Source: Nitrosopumilus sp. (GTDB lineage: Archaea > Thermoproteota > Nitrososphaeria > Nitrososphaerales > Nitrosopumilaceae). Taken from it: 64,000 nucleotides of DNA. Location of the stretch: assembly GCA_965219345.1 (NCBI GenBank), contig OZ244732.1:896001-960000 (forward strand), in the 5' to 3' direction. Position 1 is the first letter of the stretch. Every line of letters begins with the position of its first letter. Below the pieces are notes generated by a model, which was not told the origin of the DNA, did no database searches, and worked only from the letters and a program-made list of their open reading frames with translations. The position numbers were made by a program, and so were the translations under genes. This document shows, one piece after another, positions 29,768 through 39,903 of the stretch.

Positions 29768-31116
29768 TCTGGTTCTGGATGGATTGTTATTACCGCATTT
29801 TTAATTTGTGTTCTAATGACATGCTCTATCTTTGATGTTAAATCATGAACTTTTTCAATTGACAATTCCTTATCAAATGAACAATCAATATCTATCTTGA
29901 GAATATTCTCAAAACTCAAAGATACTATACGGCCAATTTTTTTAATTTCTGAATATTTCTCTAAAACTGCCCTAATTTCTTCTTCCACGATCTTGTCTTC
30001 TAAATTAAAATTCTCAGGTACTGTCAGAAATGGCTCTAAATGGATAGTGGCGTGCTCAATTTCTGGGATATTTTCTTGAATTTTCTGCTCAACAATTTCA
30101 GAAATTTCATGGGCTGATAATAGATTGATGTCTTTGTCAACCATTACGTGTAAATCAGAATAGGTCTTTCCTCTGCTTTTGTGCGTGCTGACATTATGTA
30201 CTTCTTTTACACCATCAACACTTTTTGCAATATCCAATATTTTTGCATCCAGTGGAACATCTTTCCAATTTGGTTCAAAATGGATTGTGATTGCAGCATT
30301 TGAAATTTTGTTTTTTATGTTTCTCTCGACATTATTGCTAATTTCATGTGCCTTATCAAAACTAGTATCTCCTCTTAACGAGATTGTTATATCTGCAAAA
30401 AATGTATCACCTGATCTTCTCATTAGTATTGGATCAGCATCAATAACTCCTTCTGTTGAAGTTGCAATCTCTTTAACATTTTTTACAAGTTCTGGTGAGA
30501 TAATATCTGTTAAATCAAGAGCAGTTCTGTAGATTAATTTTACACTAAGTACTGCTAACAACCCTCCTAAAATCAGCGCCGCAACAAAATCTCCGTAATG
30601 GAATCCGTATGAAATCACAATTATTCCAACAATTGCAACTAAAGTAGAGCCAAGATCCATAAATGCATGATAAAAATCTGCTTTGAGAGTTGCACCTCCA
30701 ATTTTTTTAATGGATTTTCTCAACAGAACTATTCTAAAAATGTCAATTCCTATTGTGTATAACCCGCCAATTATTGCAAATAATCCTGGTAGAATGCTTG
30801 GTGGGGGACTTTGCAACCTATTGATAGATTCGTAAATAAAAAAACATGCAATCAGAAAAATTGCTATTCCTCCAATCAATCCTCCCAATGATTCAATTTT
30901 TCCATGTCCATAGGTATGTTCTGCATCAGGAGGTTTGATTGCCAATCTTGCCGCCAAAAGTAAAACAAGAGTAACAACACTATCTAGCAATGCATGAATG
31001 CTATCTGTAATTAGAGCAAGACTGTTTGAGACTAAACCAAAAATTAGCTCTACTAGAAATGCTGAAAAAATAGCTAGAAATGAAATCTGTAAAACTTTGG
31101 TTCTTTGAACAAACAT
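29764..31116 (-). CDS. cation diffusion facilitator family transporter
   Basis: SLALITDSIHALLD, HTYGHGKIE, HAFMD, and repeated C-terminal dimerisation domains. Confidence 0.93.
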   Translation of the reverse strand: MFVQRTKVLQISFLAIFSAFLVELIFGLVSNSLALITDSIHALLDSVVTLVLLLAARLAIKPPDAEHTYGHGKIESLGGLIGGIAIFLIACFFIYESINRLQSPPPSILPGLFAIIGGLYTIGIDIFRIVLLRKSIKKIGGATLKADFYHAFMDLGSTLVAIVGIIVISYGFHYGDFVAALILGGLLAVLSVKLIYRTALDLTDIISPELVKNVKEIATSTEGVIDADPILMRRSGDTFFADITISLRGDTSFDKAHEISNNVERNIKNKISNAAITIHFEPNWKDVPLDAKILDIAKSVDGVKEVHNVSTHKSRGKTYSDLHVMVDKDINLLSAHEISEIVEQKIQENIPEIEHATIHLEPFLTVPENFNLEDKIVEEEIRAVLEKYSEIKKIGRIVSLSFENILKIDIDCSFDKELSIEKVHDLTSKIEHVIRTQIKNAVITIHPEPD

Positions 31117-31208
31117 TTTCCTTATTTTTTGATATTTTTTATCGTGTATTACAAGTTTCTAAGAAGAAATGCTACTACAATGTTATCTGTGATTAGTCGA
31201 TATTTTGA

Positions 31209-31348
31209 GATGTTGGATAACAAATACTTGTATTTACTGGCAATTTTCTCAATAATTTTAGTAATTCCTGTCATAAATGCTGAGGCACCAAGCAATCCTA
31301 ACTTGTATGTCTCAGCAGAAAATTCTCAATTTAACAACTATTTTTCAG
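31209..31348 (+). pseudogene. 5' fragment of a thaumarchaeal secreted protein gene
   Basis: Signal peptide followed by NPNLYVSAENSQFNNYFS, cut at the island boundary. Confidence 0.55.
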
Positions 31349-31526
31349 ATACAAAGTATTGGAATCTTTTTACATATACTTGCTATATTAGGTAAAATTT
31401 CATTTAGGATAACATTCCTATATCGAGGAATTAACACGTGAGCAGTATCTTGCAAACATAGAGAATCAAAGAACCAGAAAATCCAATCTAACTTCGCTGA
31501 ACCAGTTTGATGAATTCTGCATAGAT

Positions 31527-33134
31527 TTGTTTGAAAAGAATGGTGACCAAGTAACTCTAGATGCAAGAGATCATATCAAAGAAACTTTAGATGATTCTAA
31601 TCTGTATAGATTGTTGCAGGGTTTTGTCAACTGGTTGAATGAAGATCATCTAGAGTTGTTAATCAAATCAAGAAATCATACAAGACCAATGACAAAAAGA
31701 CACCCCATCACCATCAAAAATTATCTTAGCGGGGTCAAACAATACATCGAAGAATTTGGAAACATCGATATCATAGACAGAAAATATCACAAGAGAGTAA
31801 AAATTCCAAAGAAACCAAAAGAGGAACTAGAGCCATTTAGAAAAGAAGAGATCAGAGATTTAATTGATCATTCTAGTTTTGATAGAAAAGTACTCTACAT
31901 GACACTAAAAGATTCAGGCATGAGGATTGGAGAGGCAGTGCAAATTCGGAAATGCCATATAGATGTGATTAAAGATCCTGTAGAAATTCACATTCCTGCA
32001 AACATTACAAAAACAAAGACATCTAGAACAACATTTGTTACACGAGAAACAGTTCCATTACTTCGAAAAAGGTTAGAGGGAATTCAAGAAAAAGAACTTG
32101 TTTTTGGTAAAAATGAAAATCCAAAGAAAGCAGTTGTAAATGAAATGATGATGTTCAAGTGGTTTAGAGAAAAACTTGGTATGAATGAAAGATATGAGAG
32201 TAATAATCGTCACAAAAAAAATCTTCATTCACTTAGAGCATTTACATCAACACAGATTGCAGAAGCTCATGGTGAGGAATTTGCTCATGGTTTTATTGGT
32301 CATTCAAAATATCTCGGCCAATATATCAGAAGAAAAGAGAAAATTCCTGAAATGTACACGAGAACAGAAAATGAACTCATGATTTACGAACAATCAATAG
32401 TAATAGAGAGTAATGAATCAGAAGTAGAATTATTGAAAAAACAAGTACAGAAATTAATCCAAGAAACAATTTTTCAAAAAGAGCAACTTGAGACAAGAAA
32501 TAGATTTCTTGAATCAAAATTATCTAGTAAGTATGAATCCGTTCTCTTATGTTTTGCAACTTCACGTCTAGTTGGAAAAGCCAAGTTGTATGAAATTCTT
32601 GGACAAGATTTGAAGGAGTTACCAAAACTTTCTAGAAATGTCATCCAATCTTTAGGCAATATTGAAATTATACCTACTGACTTGACCATGGAGACAAAAT
32701 ATCTTTCGGATAAAACTAGTTTAAGATCACCTAGATTTAATTTCAATTTGGGAAACAAGTTTGGGGCAAAAAAATGTGCATTTTGTGAGATAGATATTCC
32801 TGAAACTATAGCGGGAGCGCACATATGGCCTGTTTCAGACATAAAACAAAAACCCAACTTGTCAGATGTGGAAAAGTTAGCTTGTGCAACTGATGGGGAA
32901 AATGGTATTTGGCTTTGCCATACTCATCATAAATTGTTTGACGTAAACTACATTAGAATTAGTGAAAATAAAGAATTAAAATATCTGTCAACTTTAGATG
33001 AAAAAATAATAAAATCAATTAAAAAAAACACTCCGATTACCAAAATACCAAAAGAAATAGTTACTGGAAAGTTTCTAAAATATTTGAAAGAACGGAATAA
33101 AATTATCCCAGAGATAAATTATGTATCTTTATAA
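31527..33134 (+). CDS. tyrosine recombinase/integrase fused to a C-terminal HNH endonuclease domain
   Basis: SGMRIGEA, TKTK, HSLRAF, GH...Y catalytic set; C-terminal CAFC...AHIWP...NGIWLCHTHHKLFD. Confidence 0.88.
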   Translation: MFEKNGDQVTLDARDHIKETLDDSNLYRLLQGFVNWLNEDHLELLIKSRNHTRPMTKRHPITIKNYLSGVKQYIEEFGNIDIIDRKYHKRVKIPKKPKEELEPFRKEEIRDLIDHSSFDRKVLYMTLKDSGMRIGEAVQIRKCHIDVIKDPVEIHIPANITKTKTSRTTFVTRETVPLLRKRLEGIQEKELVFGKNENPKKAVVNEMMMFKWFREKLGMNERYESNNRHKKNLHSLRAFTSTQIAEAHGEEFAHGFIGHSKYLGQYIRRKEKIPEMYTRTENELMIYEQSIVIESNESEVELLKKQVQKLIQETIFQKEQLETRNRFLESKLSSKYESVLLCFATSRLVGKAKLYEILGQDLKELPKLSRNVIQSLGNIEIIPTDLTMETKYLSDKTSLRSPRFNFNLGNKFGAKKCAFCEIDIPETIAGAHIWPVSDIKQKPNLSDVEKLACATDGENGIWLCHTHHKLFDVNYIRISENKELKYLSTLDEKIIKSIKKNTPITKIPKEIVTGKFLKYLKERNKIIPEINYVSL

Positions 33135-33321
33135 AGAACTCAAAACGCCTCAAAAGCCCCGGCAGTTGACACGAATAAAATTTCTAGTCAAGCTCCGTCA
33201 AGTTGACAGAACCAGATATCAAATTGGCTTAAAATATTGTTCAGTATGTGAAATATGGTTGAAAATATCTAGCTATACATGTCCATGTTGTAAGAATACT
33301 GTCAGAACAAGGCCAAGGTGA
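33121..33321 (+). CDS. small zinc-finger protein
   Basis: RYQIGLKYCSVC...CPCC..VRTRPR. Confidence 0.7.
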   Translation: MYLYKELKTPQKPRQLTRIKFLVKLRQVDRTRYQIGLKYCSVCEIWLKISSYTCPCCKNTVRTRPR

Positions 33322-33356
33322 ACTTGTTATATTAATTAAAAAAATACACAATCAAT

Positions 33357-33467
33357 ATGTCTGAAAGATTAGTAGAAATTCCAATTACAAAGGAATTAAG
33401 AGATAAGATAAGGACGTACAAAAAAGAACTGACATACAATGAATTTTTGAATAAGTTGATATGTTGA
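33357..33467 (+). CDS. small RHH-like protein
   Basis: MSERLVEIPITKELRDKIRTYKKELTYNEFLNKLIC. Confidence 0.5.
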   Translation: MSERLVEIPITKELRDKIRTYKKELTYNEFLNKLIC

Positions 33468-33578
33468 TATGACATAGACATCCAACACTGTCCTTACTTT
33501 GAAAAAGTAGGGTTACTCCCATGTGGGATGTGGAGAACCCGGTCCAACTATTAGAATAGACATATTGCTACTCAAATC

Positions 33579-34337
33579 TTGTGTGCAATTTTATATATAA
33601 ATGGACAGATCTGTCCAAAGTATAAATACTCTGCACACATTATTAATCATATGAATAAACAAGAAACTATTACAATACTCAATAAAGCAAAGCAAGCAAT
33701 TGCGTTTGCTCAGGAATTGCCACCTAGTCCTATCTATGATCTTAAAAATTTAGAAAAAACTGTGCAGGTATCACCCAGGACTATTAAAAGAAGAATAAAT
33801 GAATTAGTGGTGTTAGGATTAGCAGATTACAATCGTGGGAAATTTATGATAAAAAGAGAAGTTATTTCACAACCATACATTGTATTACAACACATAATTC
33901 CTTCACTCATAGCACTCAAAAAAGCTAGAAGATTTGGAAGACATTACAAATCAACAGACATTAGTTTTATGAAAAAACATCTACCAAAGGGATCCATGAT
34001 AACACTTGATCACAAAGCCCATGAATTAACAAAGTTTCAAAGTCCACGTGACTTGTACGTATATGTTGATGATGTAGAAGAGGTTTCTGAACTTTTGAAA
34101 AATCATGGATTCAGAGAGGGAAAGAGAGGGAATGTCATACTTCTTCCAAAGATTGGTTCTTTTGAAAATCAAACCGAAAGAGTTTTTCGAGATTGTGTAG
34201 CACATGGTGGACGAAGTTTTTTGGATGCAGCTGCAATTATGTTAACATATAAAGATGTGATCAAAACAAGAGCAAGATTTACCGGAGACACCATACTAAA
34301 AGTTCAAGAGGGTTTACCAGATGAACCCACTCATTAA
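33579..34337 (+). CDS. wHTH protein, putative type IV (AbiEi-like) antitoxin
   Basis: VSPRTIKRRINELVVLG helix-turn-helix plus DLYVYV..NVILL; overlaps a nucleotidyltransferase gene. Confidence 0.55.
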   Translation: MCAILYINGQICPKYKYSAHIINHMNKQETITILNKAKQAIAFAQELPPSPIYDLKNLEKTVQVSPRTIKRRINELVVLGLADYNRGKFMIKREVISQPYIVLQHIIPSLIALKKARRFGRHYKSTDISFMKKHLPKGSMITLDHKAHELTKFQSPRDLYVYVDDVEEVSELLKNHGFREGKRGNVILLPKIGSFENQTERVFRDCVAHGGRSFLDAAAIMLTYKDVIKTRARFTGDTILKVQEGLPDEPTH

Positions 34338-34830
34338 AGAAGATGTGCATATTACTCAAGATTTTGGGGCAGCTACATTTGTTGGTGCTATAGCTATCAT
34401 GCTACATACAAATGAACAACATCAATCTCAGGATTTAGATTTTGTTGTTGCAGAACAAATTTCTAATGATGAATATTTGGAAAAAGGGTATAAAATTGAC
34501 TTACAAAAAGACAAAAAAATAAGCCCAAGAGGCTTTAAAATTGATGTGTATGATAAGCATGATTTTAATGAGATGTCACTTGAATACATTATAGAAACCG
34601 CAGCAGTGATTCCAGTAGATAAAAAAGGGACAACAGTCAATGCCATCTCTTTGGAAGGATTGATTGTTTCAAAGTATAGAGCAGGGCGTGATCAAGACAT
34701 TGAAGACCTCCAAAGATTGGCCATTCGTTGTAATTCAAAGATTAATTGGAATGAAATCGCAAAACTTGCTAAAAATGATGTAGAGTATTCCAACATAGAG
34801 CAAGCAATTCAGTTTTATGCATCTCAATAA
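34321..34830 (+). CDS. nucleotidyltransferase-fold protein (AbiEii/DUF6036-like)
   Basis: VGAIAI..H...SQDLDF, LIVSKYRAGRDQDIEDL. Confidence 0.75.
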   Translation: MNPLIKEDVHITQDFGAATFVGAIAIMLHTNEQHQSQDLDFVVAEQISNDEYLEKGYKIDLQKDKKISPRGFKIDVYDKHDFNEMSLEYIIETAAVIPVDKKGTTVNAISLEGLIVSKYRAGRDQDIEDLQRLAIRCNSKINWNEIAKLAKNDVEYSNIEQAIQFYASQ

Positions 34831-34893
34831 TCAAGTCCAGTTTTGAACCATCTTGGAAATAATGAGTCTCAAGTGTAGAGAATTACTACCAAC

Positions 34894-35689
34894 TTATCCC
34901 AATACTCTCCAATACATCATAATTGATGCCAGGTAAACAAATGCAAGATAATTCTCTGAACGCCTTTCATATCTGATTCTGGTTCCGTGAAATCCATTTT
35001 TCAACTGCGCAAAGAATCTCTCTGCAACAGATCTTGTCTTGCTGTAATTGTTGTAACTATTATTTTGTAAAATAAATTTGGAATTACCTTTGTAGGGAAT
35101 GTAACACGTAATGTTGCTGTTTCTCGGATAATTCCCGATGTATTTTGCACCATATCCCCTGTCTGCATAAACTGAAACAATCTGATTCGTCATGGAATTA
35201 TCTGTAAAATCTGAAATTGATTCTGTGACATCCACAAATTTTGCACTATCATGTTCATTTGCGGGACTAATTACAGTTGATATTGGTAAACCGTTTTGTT
35301 CCACTGCAACATGAATCTTTGTGCCTGTAATCCTTTTGAACCCGTCATATCCAGTCACATCCCCACCCTTTTTTGGCAGAAACTGATGGGGAGTCAGCTG
35401 ATATTTTTTGTAGATTGAGTCTGTTTGATTTATGAGCGGTTCTGATTGCACATGACAGAGCCTTTTTCCAAATTCCTTTTTGTTGCCAAGAGTTTAATCT
35501 TCTATTTGCCGTTGGTCTAAAACCATATTTTTTTGGCATTTCGCTCCATCTACATCCAGTTATTGCAACAAACAAAATTCCACTGATAATTTTTCTGTCA
35601 TTACTTCTTGGACGGCCCGTATGGGATGGTTTTGGAACATGTTGTTTCATCATATCCAATTGCTTGTTAGTTAGTTCTTGAAATTGCAT
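34894..35689 (-). mobile_element. IS5-family element, transposase split over two ORFs (35345-35689 and 34894-35451)
   Basis: TGRPR...ISGILF..TGCRW..MP..YG in ORF A; GTKIH, ADRGY, R..AERFF..K, IRYER in ORF B; slippery AAAAAAGGGG at the overlap. Confidence 0.9.
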
Positions 35690-35774
35690 AAAATAGAACC
35701 AATTTTATTTCAAATGGATCTAATTGATCCTTAAAAATTCACTAAATGATCAGTTTTGGGACAAGTTACTAATT

Positions 35775-35945
35775 GAAGGAGGTCTCATTATCATTCCTAT
35801 TACAGAACGTAGTTCAGTCCAAGAACAACAAATTCCTTATTGGATCAGAAATAATGCCAAATGGTGGGCTGATGATCTCATTTCTGATGAGGACTTTATT
35901 CAATCAATCCAATACTTAGTCGAAAAAGGTATAATTCTAATATAA
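35775..35945 (+). pseudogene. 3' fragment of a thaumarchaeal secreted protein gene
   Basis: IPYWIRNNAKWWADDLISDEDFIQSIQYLVEKGII, a common Nitrosopumilus C-terminal motif. Confidence 0.7.
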
Positions 35946-35999
35946 TCTGGTCAATTTTTGTTTCATTGAATATATAAATAGTCTCAACTCAGATTCAAA

Positions 36000-37055
36000 A
36001 TGAAAATGAGGTTTATAGGGTTCCTAGCATTTGCGTTGTTATCCATCTCTATTCTATCTTATGGTGTAAATGGTTCTGTCTTTGCAGATAGTCATAACAT
36101 TCCTCCATTATCTGTATCAACTGAATTGCTAACATATGCAAATGGTGGAGAAGTTGTAGTTTCTGGAAGTATAAAAAATTATGATTCTACATCTACAGCT
36201 GACCTTACTTTTCTTGTTAAATCCCCTAATGGTAATATGGTCTATATTGGGCAACTAACTCCAAGTTCTGATGGTTCGTTTGAACATACTTTCACTGCTG
36301 GTGGTCCTCAATGGACATCAAGCGGCGATTATATTATTAAATTTCATTTTGGTGCCATGACAGGTGAAACTACACTTATTTACACTGGTGGAGAAGCACC
36401 AGCATCCACAATAACTTGTGGTTCTAATGAAACTCTAATAGACGGAGTATGTGTTGAAAACGAACCAGAAGAAGTAACTTGTGGTTCTAATGAAACTCTA
36501 ATAAACGGAGTATGTGTTGAAAACGAACCAGAAGAAGTAACTTGTGGTTCTAATGAAACTCTAATAAACGGAGTATGTGTTGAAAACGAACCAGATCTTA
36601 CGTGTGGGGCTGGAACTGAATTAGTAAATGGAATTTGCCAAGTAATTAAAACTGATGAACCTGAAGCAAAAGGTGGAGGTTGTTTAATTGCAACAGCTGC
36701 ATATGGAACTGAATTAGCACCACAAGTACAATTCCTCAGAGAAATTAGAGATAATACCGTAATGAGTACTGAATCTGGTGCAGCATTCATGACTGGATTT
36801 AACCAATTGTATTATTCATTCTCACCAACAATTGCTGACATGGAAAGAGAAAACCCAATGTTCCAAGAAGTAGTGAGAGCCTTTATCACTCCAATGGTAT
36901 CAACACTATCAATTATGACATTGGCTGAAGATGGTTCAGAAGTTGAAGTTCTGGGACTCGGAATTTCTGTAATTGTACTTAACTTGGGAATGTATATTGC
37001 AGCACCAGCATTAATTGGATTCAAAATTCATAACCATTTCAAATCTAGAAAATAA
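36000..37055 (+). CDS. CFI-box-CTERM domain surface protein
   Basis: Signal peptide, GGGCLIATAAYGTELAPQVQFLREIRD, C-terminal TM helix. Confidence 0.9.
   Translation: MKMRFIGFLAFALLSISILSYGVNGSVFADSHNIPPLSVSTELLTYANGGEVVVSGSIKNYDSTSTADLTFLVKSPNGNMVYIGQLTPSSDGSFEHTFTAGGPQWTSSGDYIIKFHFGAMTGETTLIYTGGEAPASTITCGSNETLIDGVCVENEPEEVTCGSNETLINGVCVENEPEEVTCGSNETLINGVCVENEPDLTCGAGTELVNGICQVIKTDEPEAKGGGCLIATAAYGTELAPQVQFLREIRDNTVMSTESGAAFMTGFNQLYYSFSPTIADMERENPMFQEVVRAFITPMVSTLSIMTLAEDGSEVEVLGLGISVIVLNLGMYIAAPALIGFKIHNHFKSRK
36413..36594 (+). repeat. 60-bp coding tandem repeat (about 3 copies plus a diverged fourth)
   Basis: TCGSNETLI(D/N)GVCVENEPEEV repeated. Confidence 0.9.
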
Positions 37056-37110
37056 TTCTATCTAATTTCATTTTAGTAGGTTATTATACTGAGACACATC
37101 ACGTAACCTT

Positions 37111-37434
37111 ATGCATATTGAATACGAAGAATTTGATGCAATTGAAGATATCTTCATGTATATGGCGTCTGCAGCTCCTCCAATGAAAAATACAATGCCA
37201 ATTAATTCTTACAAAGGATATGTAATGTCATTTATTCCACTCAGTCCAACAACCGGTGAGTCTTATCTGATGATTTATGCCAAGGGTTCACTTGAACCGG
37301 GAATCTATGAATTTGATGTTGCATTAAATTCTTACAAAAAAGTTGAAAGTATTGAAAGAGCAGACAAAGTTTACTTTATCTCTCTAACACCAAAAAGAAA
37401 TACTATAGCAGACACTGCTATTGAAAACCTATAA
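37111..37434 (+). CDS. conserved hypothetical protein
   Basis: ATG ORF with host-like composition. Confidence 0.7.
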   Translation: MHIEYEEFDAIEDIFMYMASAAPPMKNTMPINSYKGYVMSFIPLSPTTGESYLMIYAKGSLEPGIYEFDVALNSYKKVESIERADKVYFISLTPKRNTIADTAIENL

Positions 37435-39009
37435 TTTCTTTGTTTGAATCTTAGGTGCAGATACCGACAAACTTCTTGCATATTTGTCCATGATCTCATC
37501 TGGAGTTCTTCCATTAAAGAGATCTTTACACAATCCTCTAAGATACCTCATAATTGCCCAAGTCCCTGCTTTGAGAATTCCGTACATGAAGATCTTCATT
37601 GGTGGACCATAAGTTTTGTTTCTGAGAATAATTGGAATAATGTCATTAATTACACGTAGATTATTTTCCCAACATTTCCAAAACAGAGTAAATTGTGCCT
37701 CATTCAAGTTTCCAAAATGCATTGAATTCTTTTCACTAAAGTCCTGATAAAGTAATGGTGCTATTAATCCTCTAAAGTTCATCTGTCTAAAGTCTCTAAT
37801 CATATCAATTGTATACTGATTGTCCTCTGGAGTTTCGTCAGGCCAACCAATGATAATAGTTGCAGCTGGGAACCAGTGGTTTTCATTTAGAATCTTTGCA
37901 CCCTCTCTTACAACACTTCCCCATTCTTCAGGAGAAAATGGTTTTGTTTTAACGCCGAGATGTTTCTTTACCAATGCTGGTGCTACTGTTTCAATTCCCA
38001 AATTTGTTGCAAGCCATCTTCCTGTTTCATCTTGTTTATTGATATGTGAAATTTGTTGCATTAATGTAGGATCTGCTGCAACTGCTGAGAATGTCATATG
38101 TGTAGTTCCAATAAAGTTTGCCCCTAATCCTTTGAGTCCCTTCCACAAGTCAGTGATAACGTCTCTGTTTGGAATAAAGTCTCTATTATCACATCCATAA
38201 AGTAACATTTCATCTGAATGCAACCAAATTGAATCAAATCCATAATCTAAGTTAATTTTTGCTTCATGTTGTAATCTGTCTAATGGAAGATCTTTCTTTG
38301 ATCTTTTATTTACGTCACAAAAGTCACATCCTCTTCCACAACCTCTCATTGCCTCAATCAAGGAATTGATTGTAGGACCTTCAATAACTGGAATGTTTTC
38401 AAGGTTTCTAACAAAACAATGCATCAGTTCTGGTGCATCCCCTTTCTCTAAATCTTGGAACAAGTCTATTGCTAACTCATCGGCTTCACCAACCACCACT
38501 GTATCTATTCCATGAATCTTCATTCTGTCTGATTTAGCTAATTCCCATGCGCCGTTACCTCCAACTACAACTTTAAAATCATATTTCTTTTTGAGTTGAA
38601 TAATACTGGCACACATTTTTTTGAATTTCATTGCAACATAAGATAATTTTTCTGGTGACATTGTTGTTGTAACTGGAGCCATTCCTAGTGGATCCATTAC
38701 ATTAATTCCTACAACTTTGGTATCTGGCCCAATTGATTTGTGTAGCATTTCAGGATGTGCAAGAAATACATCTTCTCTTTTGTATCCTCCTTGAAGTAAT
38801 GAACTCTCTACTCTTCTTAATCCAACTTGAGCAACTTTAACTTCACCTGTTATTTTGTCTGTTTCAACTGAAGGACAGAACACTTTGTCAAAAACCCATT
38901 CAGGGAGAACCTCATATGGTCCACATGCTATAAATCCATACAGAAAATTTCCTCTATAATTTGTCATTAAGCTACGATCAGCAGTAAGTACAACACGTTT
39001 GCCAGCCAA
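37429..39009 (-). CDS. B12-binding radical SAM protein, resembling GDGT ring synthase (Grs) family
   Basis: MRGCGRGCDFC (CxxxCxxC); N-terminal VLTADRSLM...GLRRVE..L...DPLG pattern recalled from Grs-like proteins. Confidence 0.8.
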   Translation of the reverse strand: MAGKRVVLTADRSLMTNYRGNFLYGFIACGPYEVLPEWVFDKVFCPSVETDKITGEVKVAQVGLRRVESSLLQGGYKREDVFLAHPEMLHKSIGPDTKVVGINVMDPLGMAPVTTTMSPEKLSYVAMKFKKMCASIIQLKKKYDFKVVVGGNGAWELAKSDRMKIHGIDTVVVGEADELAIDLFQDLEKGDAPELMHCFVRNLENIPVIEGPTINSLIEAMRGCGRGCDFCDVNKRSKKDLPLDRLQHEAKINLDYGFDSIWLHSDEMLLYGCDNRDFIPNRDVITDLWKGLKGLGANFIGTTHMTFSAVAADPTLMQQISHINKQDETGRWLATNLGIETVAPALVKKHLGVKTKPFSPEEWGSVVREGAKILNENHWFPAATIIIGWPDETPEDNQYTIDMIRDFRQMNFRGLIAPLLYQDFSEKNSMHFGNLNEAQFTLFWKCWENNLRVINDIIPIILRNKTYGPPMKIFMYGILKAGTWAIMRYLRGLCKDLFNGRTPDEIMDKYARSLSVSAPKIQTKKL

Positions 39010-39096
39010 TTATAAAACTTCGTTTAAGTATGTTATATATCATTTACGAGGATGACTTGGCTGATTCGTCTGTAAATTTTAATTAGAATTGTTTTT

Positions 39097-39870
39097 TCAT
39101 TTTTTTCTGATAGCTCTGTTTGCAATATTTGCTGCAATTCCACCTGCTGCAATTCCATTATCTATATTCACTACCGATAATCCTAATGAACAGCTTTGAA
39201 GCATTGATGCAAGGGCTGCTATGCCTTTTTCTCCGTATCCATATCCTACAGATGTTGGAATTCCTATTATTGGGATATCAACCATGGTAGAAACAAGTGT
39301 GGCTAAAGCACCTTCCATTCCTGCAGCCACTATAATACAATCCACATCTTCTTCTATCATTTTTTTTAAAATTGGGAAAATTCTATGAATGCCTGCAACC
39401 CCTACATCATAACTTGTAATGCATTTACAGTTCATTGACTCACACATTAATCTAGATTCTTCTGCTACTCCAATATCTGATGTACCAGCAGTAAGTATAC
39501 CTACTTTCCCCCCATGAAATTTTATAGGTTTTTTAAATAACAATAATGTTGATGATTTTTTTCCAGTCTTTATTTTGACTTTTAGTGTCTTTGCAAATGC
39601 CTGAATTTTTGGATAGTCTTTTTTCTTAATCCTTGAGATCATTACCGAGTTAGCTTTTTCTAGAATTTTCTTAATAATTTTTTTGATTTCATCTAGTTCT
39701 TTTGTTTCTGCAAAAATTATTTCTGGAATTCCTCTTCTTTTTCTCCTATTGATGTCAATTTTGGCAAATCCCTCTACTTCTTCAATAGAATATAATGAAA
39801 GAAGCTTTTTTGCATTATTAACTGAAATTTTACCTTCTTTCAATGATTCCAAAATCTCATGAATTTCCAA
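39097..39870 (-). CDS. larB: nickel-pincer cofactor biosynthesis protein LarB
   Basis: AGTSD, DVGVAGIHR, AGMEGAL, PTSVGYG, VVNIDNG. Confidence 0.95.
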   Translation of the reverse strand: MEIHEILESLKEGKISVNNAKKLLSLYSIEEVEGFAKIDINRRKRRGIPEIIFAETKELDEIKKIIKKILEKANSVMISRIKKKDYPKIQAFAKTLKVKIKTGKKSSTLLLFKKPIKFHGGKVGILTAGTSDIGVAEESRLMCESMNCKCITSYDVGVAGIHRIFPILKKMIEEDVDCIIVAAGMEGALATLVSTMVDIPIIGIPTSVGYGYGEKGIAALASMLQSCSLGLSVVNIDNGIAAGGIAANIANRAIRKK

Positions 39871-39903
39871 TGATGATTTTTCTTTGTTTGGATAAAAAAA
39901 GGC

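Noticed and set aside
33505-33550. GC-rich hairpin GGGTT..CTCC...GGAG-AACCC
   Set aside because: Single short imperfect hairpin with no second copy or other support
34870-35725. Terminal inverted repeats and target duplication of the IS5 element
   Set aside because: Only weak matches by eye, so the element boundaries were not called
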